DNA of 64,000 nt from the human T2T-CHM13v2.0 reference genome, Homo sapiens. How positions within the stretch are numbered: position 1 is the first letter of the stretch; every line of letters starts with the position of its first letter. The stretch lies in NCBI RefSeq assembly GCF_009914755.1, contig NC_060933.1, one strand, 5' to 3'. The notes below the pieces were generated by a model. The model had not been told where the DNA came from. It was given only the letters and a program-made list of their open reading frames with translations, and searched no databases. Made by a program: the position numbers and the translations under genes. Of this stretch, positions 1-14,371 are shown piece by piece.

Positions 1-5
1 CCCAC

Positions 6-348
6 TGTATTAGTCCATTTTCATGCTGCTGATAAAGACATACCTGAGACTGGGCAATTTACAAAAGAAAGAGGTTTACTGGATTTACAGTTCCAGGTGG
101 CTGGGGAGGCCTCACAATCATGGCAGAAGGTGAAAGACACATCTCACATGGCAGCAGACAAGAGACAAGAGCTTGTGCAGGGAAACTCCCCTTTTTAAAC
201 CATCAGATCTCGTGAGTCTTATTCACCATCATGAGAACAGCGCAGGAAAGACCTGCCCCTATGATTCAGTTACCTCCCACTGGGTCCCTCCCGCAACATG
301 TGGGAATTCAAAATGAAATGTGGGTGGGGACACAGTCAAAACATATCA
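6..348 (-). mobile_element. THE1 (ERVL-MaLR) solo LTR inserted into an old L1
   Basis: Runs TGTATTAGTCCATTTTCATGCTGCTGATAAAGACATACC...ACATATCA. 5-bp TSD CCCAC at 1-5 and 349-353. L1 ORF2 sequence resumes right after. Confidence 0.93.
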
Positions 349-1784
349 CCCACTCTCACCACTTCTTTTCAACATAGTACAGAAAGTCCTAGCCAGAGGA
401 ATTAAACAAGAGAAACAATAAAGGCAACATCATAGAAAAGAAAGAAGTAAAATTGTCTCTATTGGATGATGACATGATCTTATATATAAAAGATCCAAAG
501 ATCCCCCCATAAAACTATTGGAAACAAATTCAGTAAACAAATTCAGTAAAGTTGTAGGATACAAAATGAAGAGCATTTTTACATACCAATAATGAACTAC
601 TCAAAAAGGAAAGAAACAATAAATCATACATTTATTCTTTATACTTTATTTCCATTTACAATAGCAACAAAAAATTAAATACTTAGGTGTAAATTTAACC
701 AAAGTGGTAAAAGACTTGTATGTTGAAAACTATAATCACTGATGACAGAACTTGAAAAAAAAAACCACAAATAAATGGATAGATATCCCATACTCACGGA
801 TTAGAAAAATTATTATTGTGAATATGTTCATACTATCCAAAGTGGTCTATAAGTTTAATATAATTTCCATTAAAATTCCAATGCCATTTTTCACAGAAAT
901 GGAAAAAACAATTCTAAATCCATTTGAAACCACAAAAGACTCTGAATAGCCAAAACAGTGTTAAGGAAAAAGAACAAAGCTGAAGGCATTACACTCTCAG
1001 ATTTCAAACATATTATAATGTGATTGTAATGAAGCCTGCATGGTAGTGGCATAAAAGCAGGCACATCTACCAATGAAACAGGACTTAAAAAAAAAATAAG
1101 ATAAAAACCCAGGCAATTATAGTCAACCAATTTTTGACAAAAAGTTTCCAAGGACACACAATGGAGAAAGGATGGTCTCTTCAATAAATAGTGTTGGAAA
1201 AACCAAATACATACATTCATCAGAGTAAAATTAGAGCCTTATAGCCTACACTATACACAAAAATCAACTTAAGATAGATTAAAAACTTAAATATAGGACC
1301 TGAAGCTATGAAACTACTGGAAGAAAACATGAGGGAAATGCTTCATGACATTGGTCTGGGCAATGATATTTTGATAAGACTTCAAAAGCACAGGCAACAA
1401 CGCAGAAATTGACAAATGAGATGGCATCAAACTAAAAAGCTTTTGCACAGTAAAGGAAACAATTAACAAAATGAACAGACAACTCACAGAACGGAAGAAA
1501 ATAGTTGAATACCATAAGAAAACAGTTGAATATCATGTGTCTGACAAAAGGTTAATATCCAAAATATATAAGGAAATCAAACAACTGTGTAGTAAGAAAA
1601 TAACCTGATTGAAAAATGGGCAAAGGAGCAGAATAGAAAATTTTCAAAAGAAAACATTCAAATGGCCAATAGGTAGATGAAAAAATGCTCAGTATCGCTA
1701 ATCATAAGGGAATTGCAAATTAAAACCACAAGGAAATATCACCTCAAATCTGTTCAAATGGTGTTTATCAAAAAGATAAAAGAT

Positions 1785-2081
1785 GGCTGGGCACAGTGGT
1801 TCATGCCTGTTATCCTAGCACTTTGGGAGGCAGAGGTGGGAGAATCACTTGAGCTCAGGAGTTGAGACCAGCCTCAGTAACAAAGTGAGACTCTGTCTCT
1901 ATAAAAAATTTAAAAATTAGCAGGGTGTGGTGGTGCATGCCTATAGTCTCAGCTACTCAGAAGGCTGAGGCCAGAAGATCTCTAGATTCTGGGAGGTCAA
2001 GGCTGCAGTGAGCTATGATCATGCCACTGCATGCCAGCCTGGGTGACAGAGCAAGACCATGTCTCAGCGGGGGAAAAAAAG
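1785..2081 (+). mobile_element. Alu (AluJ-like)
   Basis: GGCTGGGCACAGTGGTTCATGCCTG start, dimeric structure, A tail, flanked by AAAGAT. Confidence 0.92.
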
Positions 2082-2353
2082 AAAGATAACAAGTGTTGGA
2101 GTAGATGCAGAGAAAAGGGAATTCTTACATGCTGTTGGTGGGAATTTAAGTACAGCCATTGTGAAAAGCAGTGTAGACAGTCCTCAAAAGCTAAAAATAG
2201 AACTACCGTATGACCCAGTAACCCCACTTCTGGGTATATACCCAGAGGAAATGAGATCAGTATGTTGAAGGGATGTCTGCACTCCCACGATTACTGCAGC
2301 ATTATTTACGACAGTCAAGATATGGAACAGATGAATGGATAAAGAAAAATGTG

Positions 2354-2354
<1 letters not shown>

Positions 2355-2388
<34 letters not shown>
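2355..2388. repeat. (TA)n(CA)n microsatellite
   Basis: Seen directly. Confidence 0.9.
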
Positions 2389-2989
2389 ATGGAATACTAT
2401 TTAGCCTTAAAAAGAGGAAAAACTCTGTCACTTGCAACACCATGGATTAATTTGGCAAATATTATGGTAAGTGAAATAAGCAAGGCACAAAAGGACAAGT
2501 ACTGCATGATCTCACTTGTATGTGGAATCTGATAAAGTTGAATTTATAGAAGTAGAGAGGAGAATAATGGTTACCAGAGGCTGGGGAGAGAGGCTGTAGA
2601 GAGGGAGGAAAAGTTGTTGTCCAAAGGGTACAAAGTTTCAGATAGACAGAAGGAATAGCTTTTGAGATCTATTGTGCAGTAGAGTGATTATAGTCAATAG
2701 CTATGTATTATATATTTCAAAATAACAGAGACTATTTCGAATGTCTCACCATAAGAAATGATACGTAAGTATGGTGATAGAAATGTTAATTAGTTTGATT
2801 TAATCATGCTACATTGTATACGTTTACCAAAAACATCACACTGTATCATATAAATGTATAGAATTATAGTTTGTCTATCAAAATATTGATAATATGTTTT
2901 AAAAAGAAATAAACAAAAAAAGAAATAAAAAGAATATGTAGTTGGGGTAGGGAGATTCTTGTCTCCCGCCTTCACTGGGGAACCCTCAA

Positions 2990-3499
2990 TCTCTAAATGA
3001 TTCTCTTGTGTCCCATCTTCATGTATATAATACAGCTGTTGCTTCTACATATCTGATGCTGGGCCTAACCTCAGCAGGTCAGAGCATCAGAAAGGAAAGA
3101 TGTACATAAAGTGGAGGAGAGCAAGGTTGAGCTGGAACCTGCATCAGCCTCACACTTCTGAATCTCCAGCTTCAAAGATGGGTAGCCTTGTAGATGCAGG
3201 TGCACTGTGTCAAGATGCTAAACATACATCTGACCCAGGAGTTAATTGAAGGAGGAAATATGATGAGAGTTAGAAGAGCTGTGAGCTGGATTGTTGAGTT
3301 GTGTAAAATCAACTCAACATGCTTGAGCTGCTACAGCCTCTGACCTTCTGAGAGTAAATATGTCTGCTGCTTCACTTCCGCTTTCCAATTCTCATGCAAA
3401 TGTCACTGTGGCCAACCCCATCCCTGACCATACAGAGAAGAAAATACTGGAAAACACAGTTCTAACTTAGCTAGGTTGACTTAGTACAAAAATACTACA
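2990..3499 (-). mobile_element. Old ERVL LTR (LTR41-like)
   Basis: The end CACAGTTCTAACTTAGCTAGGTTGACTTAGTACAAAAATACTACA resembles the recalled LTR41 terminus. Start boundary is uncertain. Confidence 0.5.
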
Positions 3500-4868
3500 A
3501 GGCCTGACTTCTAACTCCAGTGATTGCCTCGTTCCCCACCCACTTTCTGTCTTCTCATACAGATTCAAAGGAGACAGGAAATGGGTGGTGGATAATGATA
3601 GCAGAGCTAACCTCTCAATAGTTCTGGATGGCATCTAGCCCAGTTATTAAGGATCTTTTTTAAATGTGGGCTTCTTGATTCTTCCTGTTCTCAGCTTTGG
3701 ACCCAAGTCACCAATTCCAAGGCAACAGGAAATGTCCCACTTAACATCCCATTACATAAGACTGCATGTAAATGAATCTTCTGAAAGAGAAGGGATCACT
3801 ACTAGATTATCCATGTACAGCTTTAGCTATTTAAGCATTTCCTTCTATTATTGCATGAACATGTTCACAAGTGTAATAACAAATTTTAAAGTGTACATCA
3901 CAATTTTACTAATTCAGATCTATACCACAGATTGGAAAATATAGGCCAGTGCTTTTTGAACTATAAGAGGAATGTATAAATTGATACCAAGTAGATCATT
4001 GTTATCTTAGCTATATAATACTTCCCCTTCCAAAGAAACATATTTCTATGGGACCAAAATATTATTTTTTTAGCTTGATTGTACTGTATTATTACAGAAC
4101 TCAGAGTCCTTTCATGAGATATTATTACTAGGAAAAACATGAAAATGTAATAGATACTTTATTGATTTATACATACAATACCAATTCTAAGGCTTAGATT
4201 AGGAAGACATCTACTCAGGATATAAATGTGGATGTATAATAAACTTATTTAAAAGTTTGTGAGGTCAAATTAACTGCATTGGTAAAATGTTCTATATTGA
4301 CTCCTAAGTGATTTCCTGAGTATGTTTTGCTTATGATTTATGTTCCATTCACCCATATCCATTCACTACCAAAAAGGATTTGAGGTGACTGATTTTCTAG
4401 ATTTAACCTAATTCTATGCATAATTCAAGATAAATAAACTGTGAACTATGTATGATTTATTTTACTCTTCAACTAAAGCTGTGTAAATATTTTCTCTGAG
4501 CACTGAATGTTTCTAAATCATGGAGAATATATTTAAATTCAGCAACTGATTTGTTGATAGCAAGTATAATGAAAACCTACAACTACACACACACACAAAC
4601 ACATACACACAAATGTAGAAAAAGATAGGGGAGGATATACTCCCAGCTGTGAAAAGCAGTTCTCTGAAGAGGAGAGTGAAACCACAGAAGGCAGGAAGGA
4701 GGGGCATACTTGGGTATCAGGAGAGATAAAAGAGGGCTTCCACTTGTAATTTTTACAATGAATATAAACTATACGAATATGCATTTAAGGAAACAAACAC
4801 TATTTTAATTAAAAGATCACATAAGTTTTAATTTAAAAGGGCATAGTTGCTAAATAAAAATAAATTAA

Positions 4869-5196
<328 letters not shown>

Positions 5197-5321
5197 TAAA
5201 CATAACACTGTATGCATATTAATAATGATTCTAAATTTTTCTATTTTTTGGCACAAAAATATCTTTATCATATATTATTAAGTTTAACAAAACAAGCACA
5301 TTAGAAAGCATGTTTAGAGTG

Positions 5322-6156
<835 letters not shown>

Positions 6157-6279
6157 GAGTGATTGCAATTTTATAAAAATGTTATCTATCTCAATCTTTC
6201 TTCCTCTATCTGTCTATCAAGAGTGTATGTGTCTGTTTTTGCATGTGTGTAGAGGAATTGCCACGAGGATAATCTATAC

Positions 6280-6480
6280 ACTAAAACATTAGAGTGATCA
6301 TCTCTAGGTGGAGATTACAGGTGATCTTTCTCCACCTCCCATGCTGTTGCTTCTTCTCCTTCTCCTCCTCCACCTCTTCATTTTCCTTTTCCTCCATTTT
6401 CTCCTTCTTCTTCATGCTCACTTGTCTATATTTTCCTACCTTAAATATGTGTTACTTTTATAGCTTAAAAATTATAAACA
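6280..6480 (+). mobile_element. Ancient L1ME/MC 3' end fragment
   Basis: Pattern ATCTCTAGGTGGAGATTACAGGTGA...ATATGTGTTACTTTTATA. Confidence 0.5.
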
Positions 6481-6647
6481 TAAAAAGTAAATTTCAGATA
6501 ACAGTAACCATAATCATAATAGGGTTTTGAGAACCCACTACACACCAGGCACTATGTAAATTCAGTCAGTTCTTACCATCCCCTGATTGAGGTAGGTATT
6601 ATTATTATTACTATTTTATACATGAAAAAAAACCCATATCTTAAAAA

Positions 6648-6920
6648 GTAGGGTGGTATACCTATAATCCCAACACTTTGGAAGGCCAAGACTGGAGGAT
6701 TGCTTGAGGTGAGGAGTTAAAGACAAGCCTGGGCAACATGGCGAAACCCTGTGTCTACAAAACATGCAAAAATTAGCCAGGCATGGTGGTGTGCACCTGT
6801 CATCTCAGCTCCTCAGGAGGCTGAGGTAGGAGGAGCATTTGAGCCCCAGAGACAGAGGTTGAGTGAGCTGAGATTATGCCACAACACTCCTAGCCTGGAA
6901 CACAGAGGGAGACTCTGTCA
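6648..6920 (+). mobile_element. Alu (old, degenerate 5' end)
   Basis: CCTATAATCCCAACACTTTGG...GACTCTGTCA; the tail has expanded into (GAAA)n. Confidence 0.88.
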
Positions 6921-6943
6921 AAGAAAGAAACAGAGAAAGAGAG

Positions 6944-6985
<42 letters not shown>

Positions 6986-7067
6986 AGAAAGAAAGAAAGA
7001 AGGAAAAGAAAGAAAGAAGGAAAAGAAAGAAAGAAAGACAGAAAGAAAGAAAAAGAAAGAAGGAAAG

Positions 7068-7137
<70 letters not shown>
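6920..7137 (+). repeat. (GAAA)n/(GA)n compound polypurine microsatellite derived from the Alu tail
   Basis: Seen directly, ~215 bp. Confidence 0.95.
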
Positions 7138-7179
7138 TGAGTGACTTGTTCAAGTTCATACAGCTAGAAAGATAAATTT

Positions 7180-8559
7180 TAGATATAAGGAAGGGGTCCA
7201 GTTTCAGTTTTCTGCATATGGTTTGCCAGTTTTCCCAGCCCCATTTATTAAATAGGGAATCCTTTCCCCATTGCTTGTTTTTGTCAGGTTTGTCAAAGAT
7301 TAGATGGTTGTAGATGTGTGGCGTTATTTCTGAGGCCTCTGTTCTGTCCCATTGGACTATATATCTGTTTTGGTACCATACAAAAACTAACTCAAGGTGG
7401 ATAAAAGATTTAAATGTAAGGCCTAAAACCATAAAAACTCTAGAAGAAAACCTAGGCAATACTATTCAGGACATAGGCATGGGCAAAGACTTCACGACTA
7501 AAACACCAAAAGAAATGGCAACAAAAGCCAAAATTGACAAATGGGATCTAATTAAACTAAAGAGCTTCTGCACAGCAAAAGAAACTATCATCAGAGTGAA
7601 CAGGCAACCTACAGAATGGGAGAAAATTGTTGCAATCTATCCATCTGACAGAGGACTAATATCCAGAATCTACAATGAACTCAAACAAATTTACCAGAAA
7701 AAAAAAAAAACCACCAAAAAGTGGGTAAAGGATAAGAACAGACACTTCTAAAGAGAAGACATTTATGCGGCCAACAAACATATGGAAAGAGGCTCATCAT
7801 CACTGGTCATTAGAGAAATGCAAATCAAAACCACAATGAGATACCATCTCACACCAGTTAGAATGGCAATCATTAAAAAGTCAGGAAACAACAGATACTG
7901 GAGAGGATGTGGACAAATAGGAACGCTCTTACACTGTTGGTGGCAGTGTAAATTAGTTCAACCATTGTGGAAGACAGTGTGGCTATTCCTCAAGGATCTA
8001 GAACCAGAAATACCATTTGACCCAGCCATCCAATTACTGGGTATATACCCAAAGGATTATAAATCATTCTACTATAAAGACACATGCACAAATATGTTTA
8101 TTGCAGCACTGTTCACAATAGCAAAGACTTGGAACCAACCCAAATGTCCATCAATGATAGACTGGATAAAGAAAATGTGGCACATATACACCATGGAATA
8201 TTATGCAGCCCTAAAAAAGGATGAGTTCATGTCCTTTGCAAGGACATGGATGAAGCTGGAAACTATCATTCTCAGCAAACTGACACAAGAACAGAAAACC
8301 AAACACTGCATGTTCTTACTCATAAGTGGGAGTGGAACAATGAGAACACATGGACACAGGGAGGGGAACATCACACACTGGGGCCTGTCAGCAGGTGGGG
8401 GGCTAGGGGAGGGATAGCATTTGGAGAAATACCTATTGTAGATGATGGGTTGATGGGTGTAGCAAACCACCATGGCAATTATATACCTTTGTAACAAACC
8501 TGCGTGTTCTGCACATGTATCCCAGAACTTAAAATATAATAAATAAATAAACATAAAAA
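7180..8559 (+). mobile_element. 5'-truncated L1PA7-like element with 5' inversion (7180-~7378 antisense, ~7379-8559 sense)
   Basis: ORF2 C-terminal remnants on both strands, L1PA7-type 3' UTR, poly(A), and a 14-bp TSD AGAAAGATAAATTT (7166-7179, 8560-8573). Confidence 0.93.
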
Positions 8560-10129
8560 AGAAAGATAAATTTAAATCTATTGGCTTTCAAAGCTCAGGC
8601 TCTTTTCCTCTACATCACTAAGTAGAGCCACGAACACTTTTACCTTTACTCCTTGAAATTTAGGAAAGTCAAAGGAAAACTTGGAAATCAAAGGTTTCAT
8701 TATATTCAACATCATTTAAATAAGGATATATGAAAGAGTTCCCATGTGGCTCTTTTCTACTGGTCTTTATGTTTCATTTGTCCAATTGGAGAATTACGAA
8801 TCAGAAGTTTACCCATCATATACACTCATATGCTTTTGAGATCACATACTGTATACATAGACATAATATATAAATGCACATGTATATTCATATAAATTAT
8901 ACATGTGTACACACATATCCAAATATAAAGATTAGTAAATGAAAAATTAACATCTTCACATTAAGTAACTGTTTTTGTACAAATAATAGAATAATTTTTA
9001 TTTTTTAAAGTTACAAAAGGCAAGGAAGGTAAAACTGGAAGGTGAGTGTGGATACATGCATGTTAGCGTGTAGTATGTGTACAATCCATTTGTTCTTAAA
9101 AGTAGTGAGTTGTGCTAATTTTTCCTTCTTTATATATTAAGGTTTTTATGAAGAATTGTGGGACAGATTTATGTATATATATTTATATATACACACATAC
9201 ATGTATATAATCATACATACATGTATATAATCTAAGGCAGCTGTTCCAATTGCTATTAATATTGGATTATTAATAATAATCCAAATAGATCCACAAAAGC
9301 CACAGCACCAGGAGAACGAGTTCTGGATTTTCTTGCCCTGGAATACTTTCCATGGGAAAAAGCCCATTAGGTCAAACAGATGAGGCAACGTAGGTTCAAG
9401 CAGAATCATCATGGCAGTACCAAAGACGTTTTCAAGCACACAGGTTCAGTATAATCTCCTCTATGGACAATTCTGCCCATTTGCCTTGTGCTGTCTTCCT
9501 TTGTCTGCTTTCCAACTCCCCCCTGGCCCCCAAACTTCAGCTCAGATTTCTCTCTATGTGTTGGGCTACACCTAATAATCATTTACTTATTTTACATCTA
9601 GTATTTTCAGTATATTATTAGCAGGAGAAGCCACTGGTCCCCAAGCAGCCGTCATCACCTCCTCCTACACCTTGAGGTGCTGGACAGAGCAGCCCATGCC
9701 CAGCTCTTCAGTTTCTGCTGACTCTGCCTCTGTTGGTTAAACTCCTGCCATGATCCAGAATCACCTTATTCTAGTGAATACCCGAATGTTAACAGTCTAC
9801 ACTCTTGCCTTACCTGTTTCTTCCAATGCCTCCCCTAAAATCCTGATTTAATTTACTCTATGTCTACTGCCTAAACCAGATACATTTTTCCTTCTTCAAT
9901 GTTAACTACATTTAAGGTATCTTTTCTTATCAAAACCATCCAACACTCTAACTACTGCTTATGTCTTTCTGAAATGTCTTCTCTCTCCCTCTGGGTCTAA
10001 AATGAAATGCATCTTGTATCTTTTAAATTTTCTTCTCTATACCACCCACGAAATCTGTTTCCACCATATACCACAAACAGGTAATTTATGAATGATAAAA
10101 ATACCAAAAACTTATTCAATCCTTATCAT

Positions 10130-10335
10130 ATAATAGGTGTTTTAAAGCCAATTCATAGATATTTATTTAAACCATATAACAATCCTTGGGGGTAAGTACA
10201 TTACTAACCAAAGTTGATAAATTAAAGGACTAAGGCACAGAACAATTATGCAACTTGCCCAAGCTTTTACATCCAGCAAGTAGTAGAGGCAGGATTTAAG
10301 CCAAGTCAATGAGGGTCACAGGCCATGTGCTCAGT
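10130..10335 (-). mobile_element. MIR
   Basis: CAACTTGCCCAAG...AGCAAGTAGTAGAGGCAGGATTTAAGCC core. Confidence 0.75.
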
Positions 10336-12811
10336 AAGTGTACCCCCTCCCTGTTGCAATTCCTGTTGCTGAAGTCCATGCAGTGTTGTCCCTCGTCCAC
10401 GTGCTTACTGTCTCACCCACAATGGAATCATGATGACTAAGTTATATGACTAAAGAAAAGATCTCTGCTGCTTCTCTCTCACCAATTCCATTCTGGGTCC
10501 TCAGTGCAAGAACATGAGGGCAAAGAATGTTGGTTGACTGTTATTAAAAAGAAGAACAGTCAAACAAACAAACTGAATCCTTTGCTATTATCCTGCCTTG
10601 AATGGCATATGTTCCCTGGAACAACCATCTATTTGCTAATAAAAAATATCGCATTACAGATCTGATAAAAAAGCATGTATTGGAATATCTGCTATGTGGG
10701 AGGCATTATTCTATGCATGTTCACCACATTAATGTATTTGACTAAAGAAGATGAGCAGAGAGAGGTATGGTCATGAAGAAGGTGGGGATCTGGAGCCAAT
10801 AGCAGACATAATATGGAAAAGGAATTAAATTTAAGTGGGAATAAATGCTTCAGTTACTAACATAAGAGAAAATGACACTGTGCATCTATTGCCATTTAGA
10901 CACTGAGCAATCTGAAAAATTGGTCCACTCAGTCATAAAAAGCCACGACAGACTGACTCTGAAATCATATCCAATATATATTTTCATAATAGATGTGAGT
11001 GAGTACATGGAAATAAAATGTATGGTCCCAAGGTTTGAAATTATTCATTTGACCTGGTGTTACAGTGTTACAACAGAATGTAGTTAATAAGATCAATACA
11101 CAGAGGATGGGCTTCCCATGCTTGATTTTAAAGAATATTTCATGTAAACTGCTCTGTATTTCCATGGAAACACAAAGGGAACTCCATAGTGCAGTGAGCA
11201 GGAGGTAATAGAGAAAAGAGAGAGAATTAGCAGGCTTGGTTACTGTTAATAATTACCTGGGTAGCAATTATTGCTTTTGGAAAGTGCACAATCTTTGTAG
11301 CTGTCACTCATTGGTGACCTCAGATTTCACTTAGTCTGGAAGCCAAAGGATTTAGTTCATTTCATTTGCATTCAGAAAGCCCCCCCCACCTATAACCACC
11401 AATCCCAAGATATGTCAAAGTACCTTTTCTCAGATCTTGCTTAGAAAGAGCACTCATATGTGGGAGAAAAGGCACAATCTGTTTAGCCTTAAGGTACCAA
11501 CTTTTTCATTTACCCAGCTCTTGGCTCCTAGTGATTTTGTTCAGAATTAGAGAAGAGTTAGCCAAATGCCCAGAGAAGCAGCTGTTCCTCTAAAACAAAC
11601 TGGAAAGGAAAACAATCACTCCTCCTGCCCCCCACTAGAAGAAGGCAAATGGTTCCAAAACTGATGGTTTTAAGGATTGTCTACCACTCTACTTAGGAAT
11701 ATGTTTTCCGAAGAATTAAGGCCCTGTGGACATCCTAGAGTGAGGAAGCTCTGTGCTATAAAGGAACATGGTGCTCAGGCATAAGAAAGAGTGAAAAGAA
11801 GATAGAGCTGGTTAATCTAGCCTTTAATTAGCTGCATTTCCACGGAAACGCTTTCCCATTTTCCCAGTTGTCTCTGTAAATCAATTTAGAGCTGCTTTGC
11901 TTAGGCTCCAGGCAGACAGAGTGGAATCACAGTCCTTCAAAGAGGTGTGAGTTTTTCTCATTTATCATCCTGGGGTGCTTGCTTCAAAGCCTAGTTGGAG
12001 GACTACTTAAAGGAAAACAAATCTAAACAAAACGGAACTGTGCCGTCTGGATTTGGTTGAAAATCTTGGGAATGTGCGGCAGAAAATTCCAAGCACAGAC
12101 CTGGAAAGTGATTTGCAAGAGACCTCACAAAGGGCTTAGAAAAAATAAACAATCAGTGAACTCACATCCACAAACATACACACACACACATAGGCAGTGG
12201 GACTGGAATAGAAATGTGAACTTTATTGGAAACCACATTTGGCACAGGAATTGGCCTTCCTGGCTTTGGCCTTCAGCAAGTAGGTTACTACCGAATTTTT
12301 GACAAGGCTTCCAAGCTTGACAGCCTTTCTACATTAATTGGTTCGCACTCAGCCCTGTAAATATTTAAGCTATCTGTGGCATTGGGAACGTGATAAGATT
12401 ATGTGATTAGTTATGTGATTAGGATTAGTAGGTTCTCTGATAAGAAAGACTTAAAGTTTACAAATTTAGAAAGAGTATGAAAATACGTGTGTGTGTGTTC
12501 ACTTGTGTGTGCGTGTCCAGCTTTAAAGAAGATCAGGTCACACGTCACTGATTTTAGTTACTACAAAGTCGGGGTGAGGTGGGGTGGGGAGAACCTTTCA
12601 AGGCCATAGAAGAGGACTAGTCCCAAAGCATGAAGCATCTGAGCCTAAAGAGATTTTGGACTAGGATTTTCAAGTGTTTTTCAGTTTGTGGACATCTGTT
12701 GACTTACTGAGAAACACCTGAGGGGCAAAGAAAACCATTGTAATTCAGCCATCTGGTCATCTTCTTGTTCAAGCATCTGTCTTCTGTACCCTCTTCCCTA
12801 GACCACCAGGC

Positions 12812-13056
12812 CAGTGGTGTTCAAAGCTTTTTGATCTCAGCCTATTGTAAGAAATATATTTTACAATGCAACCCAGGATATTCACAATACTTCCATAGAT
12901 ATTATGGAAATAAATGTTCACGAACAATACTTAACCAAAGTTCACTTTGGTATTTTCTAGTCTATTCTATTCTATTTTCTTTAATGCTTGTCATGACTCA
13001 CTAAATTAATTTTATGTCTCACTAATGAATTGTGTCCTGCTGTTTGAAAACACTAC
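12812..13056. mobile_element. hAT-Charlie-type non-autonomous DNA transposon
   Basis: Termini CAGTGGTGTTCAAA / TTTGAAAACACT; internal GTAAGAAATATATTTTACA. Confidence 0.6.
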
Positions 13057-13059
13057 GCT

Positions 13060-13172
13060 AGAATGTATTCACCTTAGGGACAAGTATTCTAATCACTCTG
13101 TATCTCAGCTCCTAACACTTGGTCACTCAGTAAGTATTTACTGAATAAATGAGTGGTAAATCAATAAATGAA
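13060..13172 (+). mobile_element. L2 3' end
   Basis: CTCAGTAAGTATTTACTGAATAAATGA terminus. Confidence 0.6.
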
Positions 13173-13814
13173 TAAGTTGAAGCTAATATTCTATATTCAG
13201 TATACAAAACAAGAATATTGACTGGCCTAGAAGTAATATTTAAGCTACAAATTAATCAGGAAAAATATAAAATAAAAGGTAAATATCACCCTTCAGGTGG
13301 TGGTTTTAGGTATTTGGGTGAACATTATTACCTGCTCCCTGGTAGTAATAATAATAATAGTTATGACCATAAGAATGATGATTGCCCACACTTATTAATC
13401 AGTTACCACGTACCAGCTATCTCTGTGCTAGGAGAGGAGCTATGAAGATGAATGCCACTAATTCCAGTTCTTAAAAAGGTTCTGCTATAGAACTCTTCCA
13501 AGTCATCTCCCAATGACCTGGAACGACCAAGTGACCTGGAATTTGAATTCCAGGTGAGATCATAACCTTTGGCTGGTATGGAAAAGTGGAAATGACATCT
13601 ATAAGAGAGGTGGAGATGAGAGTGACAACATCTGCTTGCCAACAGTTTTTATAGACATCTGCTCAGTGAACAGAGGAGTAGGGAGAGAGAAGAGAGGTAG
13701 AAGATGCATCACTGCTATTAAAGAATTATTCAGGACAATTTCTCTTGCCCCTAATAAAAGACACTGTGCCATCCTGTGGAAACATCACCATGATAGTAAG
13801 GAATATTATGTATT

Positions 13815-14250
13815 GATTAAAAGCTTGTTCTCTAGTCAGAAGAACTTGTTTCAAATCCTAATCTGCTACTTCCTAACTAGGTGGCATTGGTCAAATTGCA
13901 TATTTTTTCTTTACCTCAGCAATAGGATGGGGATTCTTTAAGATCTATTCTATCAGGCTGTTTTAAGACAGAAGTTAAAAATGCAACTGTCTACAGGGGC
14001 CTGATTATAATTAAATGAATTAAGGTGGTAAAAAAAATAGGGAATGGTGCTGATTGTAGAAAACTGGATAGCACAGGCCCCATTTAAAGTCATTCAAATT
14101 TATCTTTTGAAAACACAGTTCCAGCCTACAGGCCAGATTTGTCTGCATGCCATCAGTCTGCAATTAAATAAGACAATGATCATAAAATGCTTCCCACAGT
14201 GCCTAGCACATAGTAAGCACTCTATAAATTGGAGCTATTATTAGCTATTA
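13815..14250 (+). mobile_element. MIR interrupted by a MER45A-like hAT element (~13969-14165)
   Basis: MIR 5' half, then CAGAAGTT...TCTACAGGGGCC...GGCCAGATTTG...CAGTCTGCAA, then MIR 3' half (CAGTGCCTAGCACATAGTAAGCAC). Confidence 0.65.
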
Positions 14251-14371
14251 TTTTATCACATTTAAAAAATCCCTAGGACCATTTGCAGATTCTCTTTAAG
14301 AGAGGAAATAAATGGCCTCAGAATTACTCCATTGCGTGCCCCAGTTAATGGCATCATTAAAAATAAACAGG

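Larger units (their letters stand above)
349..2932 (+). mobile_element. Old L1 (L1MA-type): ORF2 3' part and 3' UTR, degenerate, interrupted by an Alu
   Basis: Frameshifted ORF2 remnants ([27 protein letters not shown]), L1MA-like 3' UTR and an A-rich end. Confidence 0.9.
6505..8615 (-). mobile_element. MIR split into three pieces (~6505-6640, ~7137-7179, ~8574-8615) by an Alu and an L1PA
   Basis: The MIR core GTGACTTGTTCAAGTTCATACAGCTAG continues after the (GAAA)n tract. TTCAAAGCTCAGGCTCTT follows the L1 TSD. Confidence 0.65.

Noticed and set aside
1495-1536. 21-bp tandem duplication in L1 (similar short duplications at ~521, ~9195, ~12410, ~26561, ~34945, ~36234, ~58516)
   Set aside because: Ordinary slippage duplications with two or three units and no spacers; not CRISPR-like.
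6751-7459. K/E/R-rich and F/L/S-rich ORFs
   Set aside because: Translations of the (GAAA)n microsatellite plus Alu and L1 sequence.
7314-8417. 145-aa and 211-aa ORFs
   Set aside because: Frameshifted L1 ORF2 remnants.
9813-9840. Possible 21-nt minus-strand exon with a CAG|GTAAGG donor
   Set aside because: The acceptor lacks a pyrimidine tract; strong donors arise often by chance.
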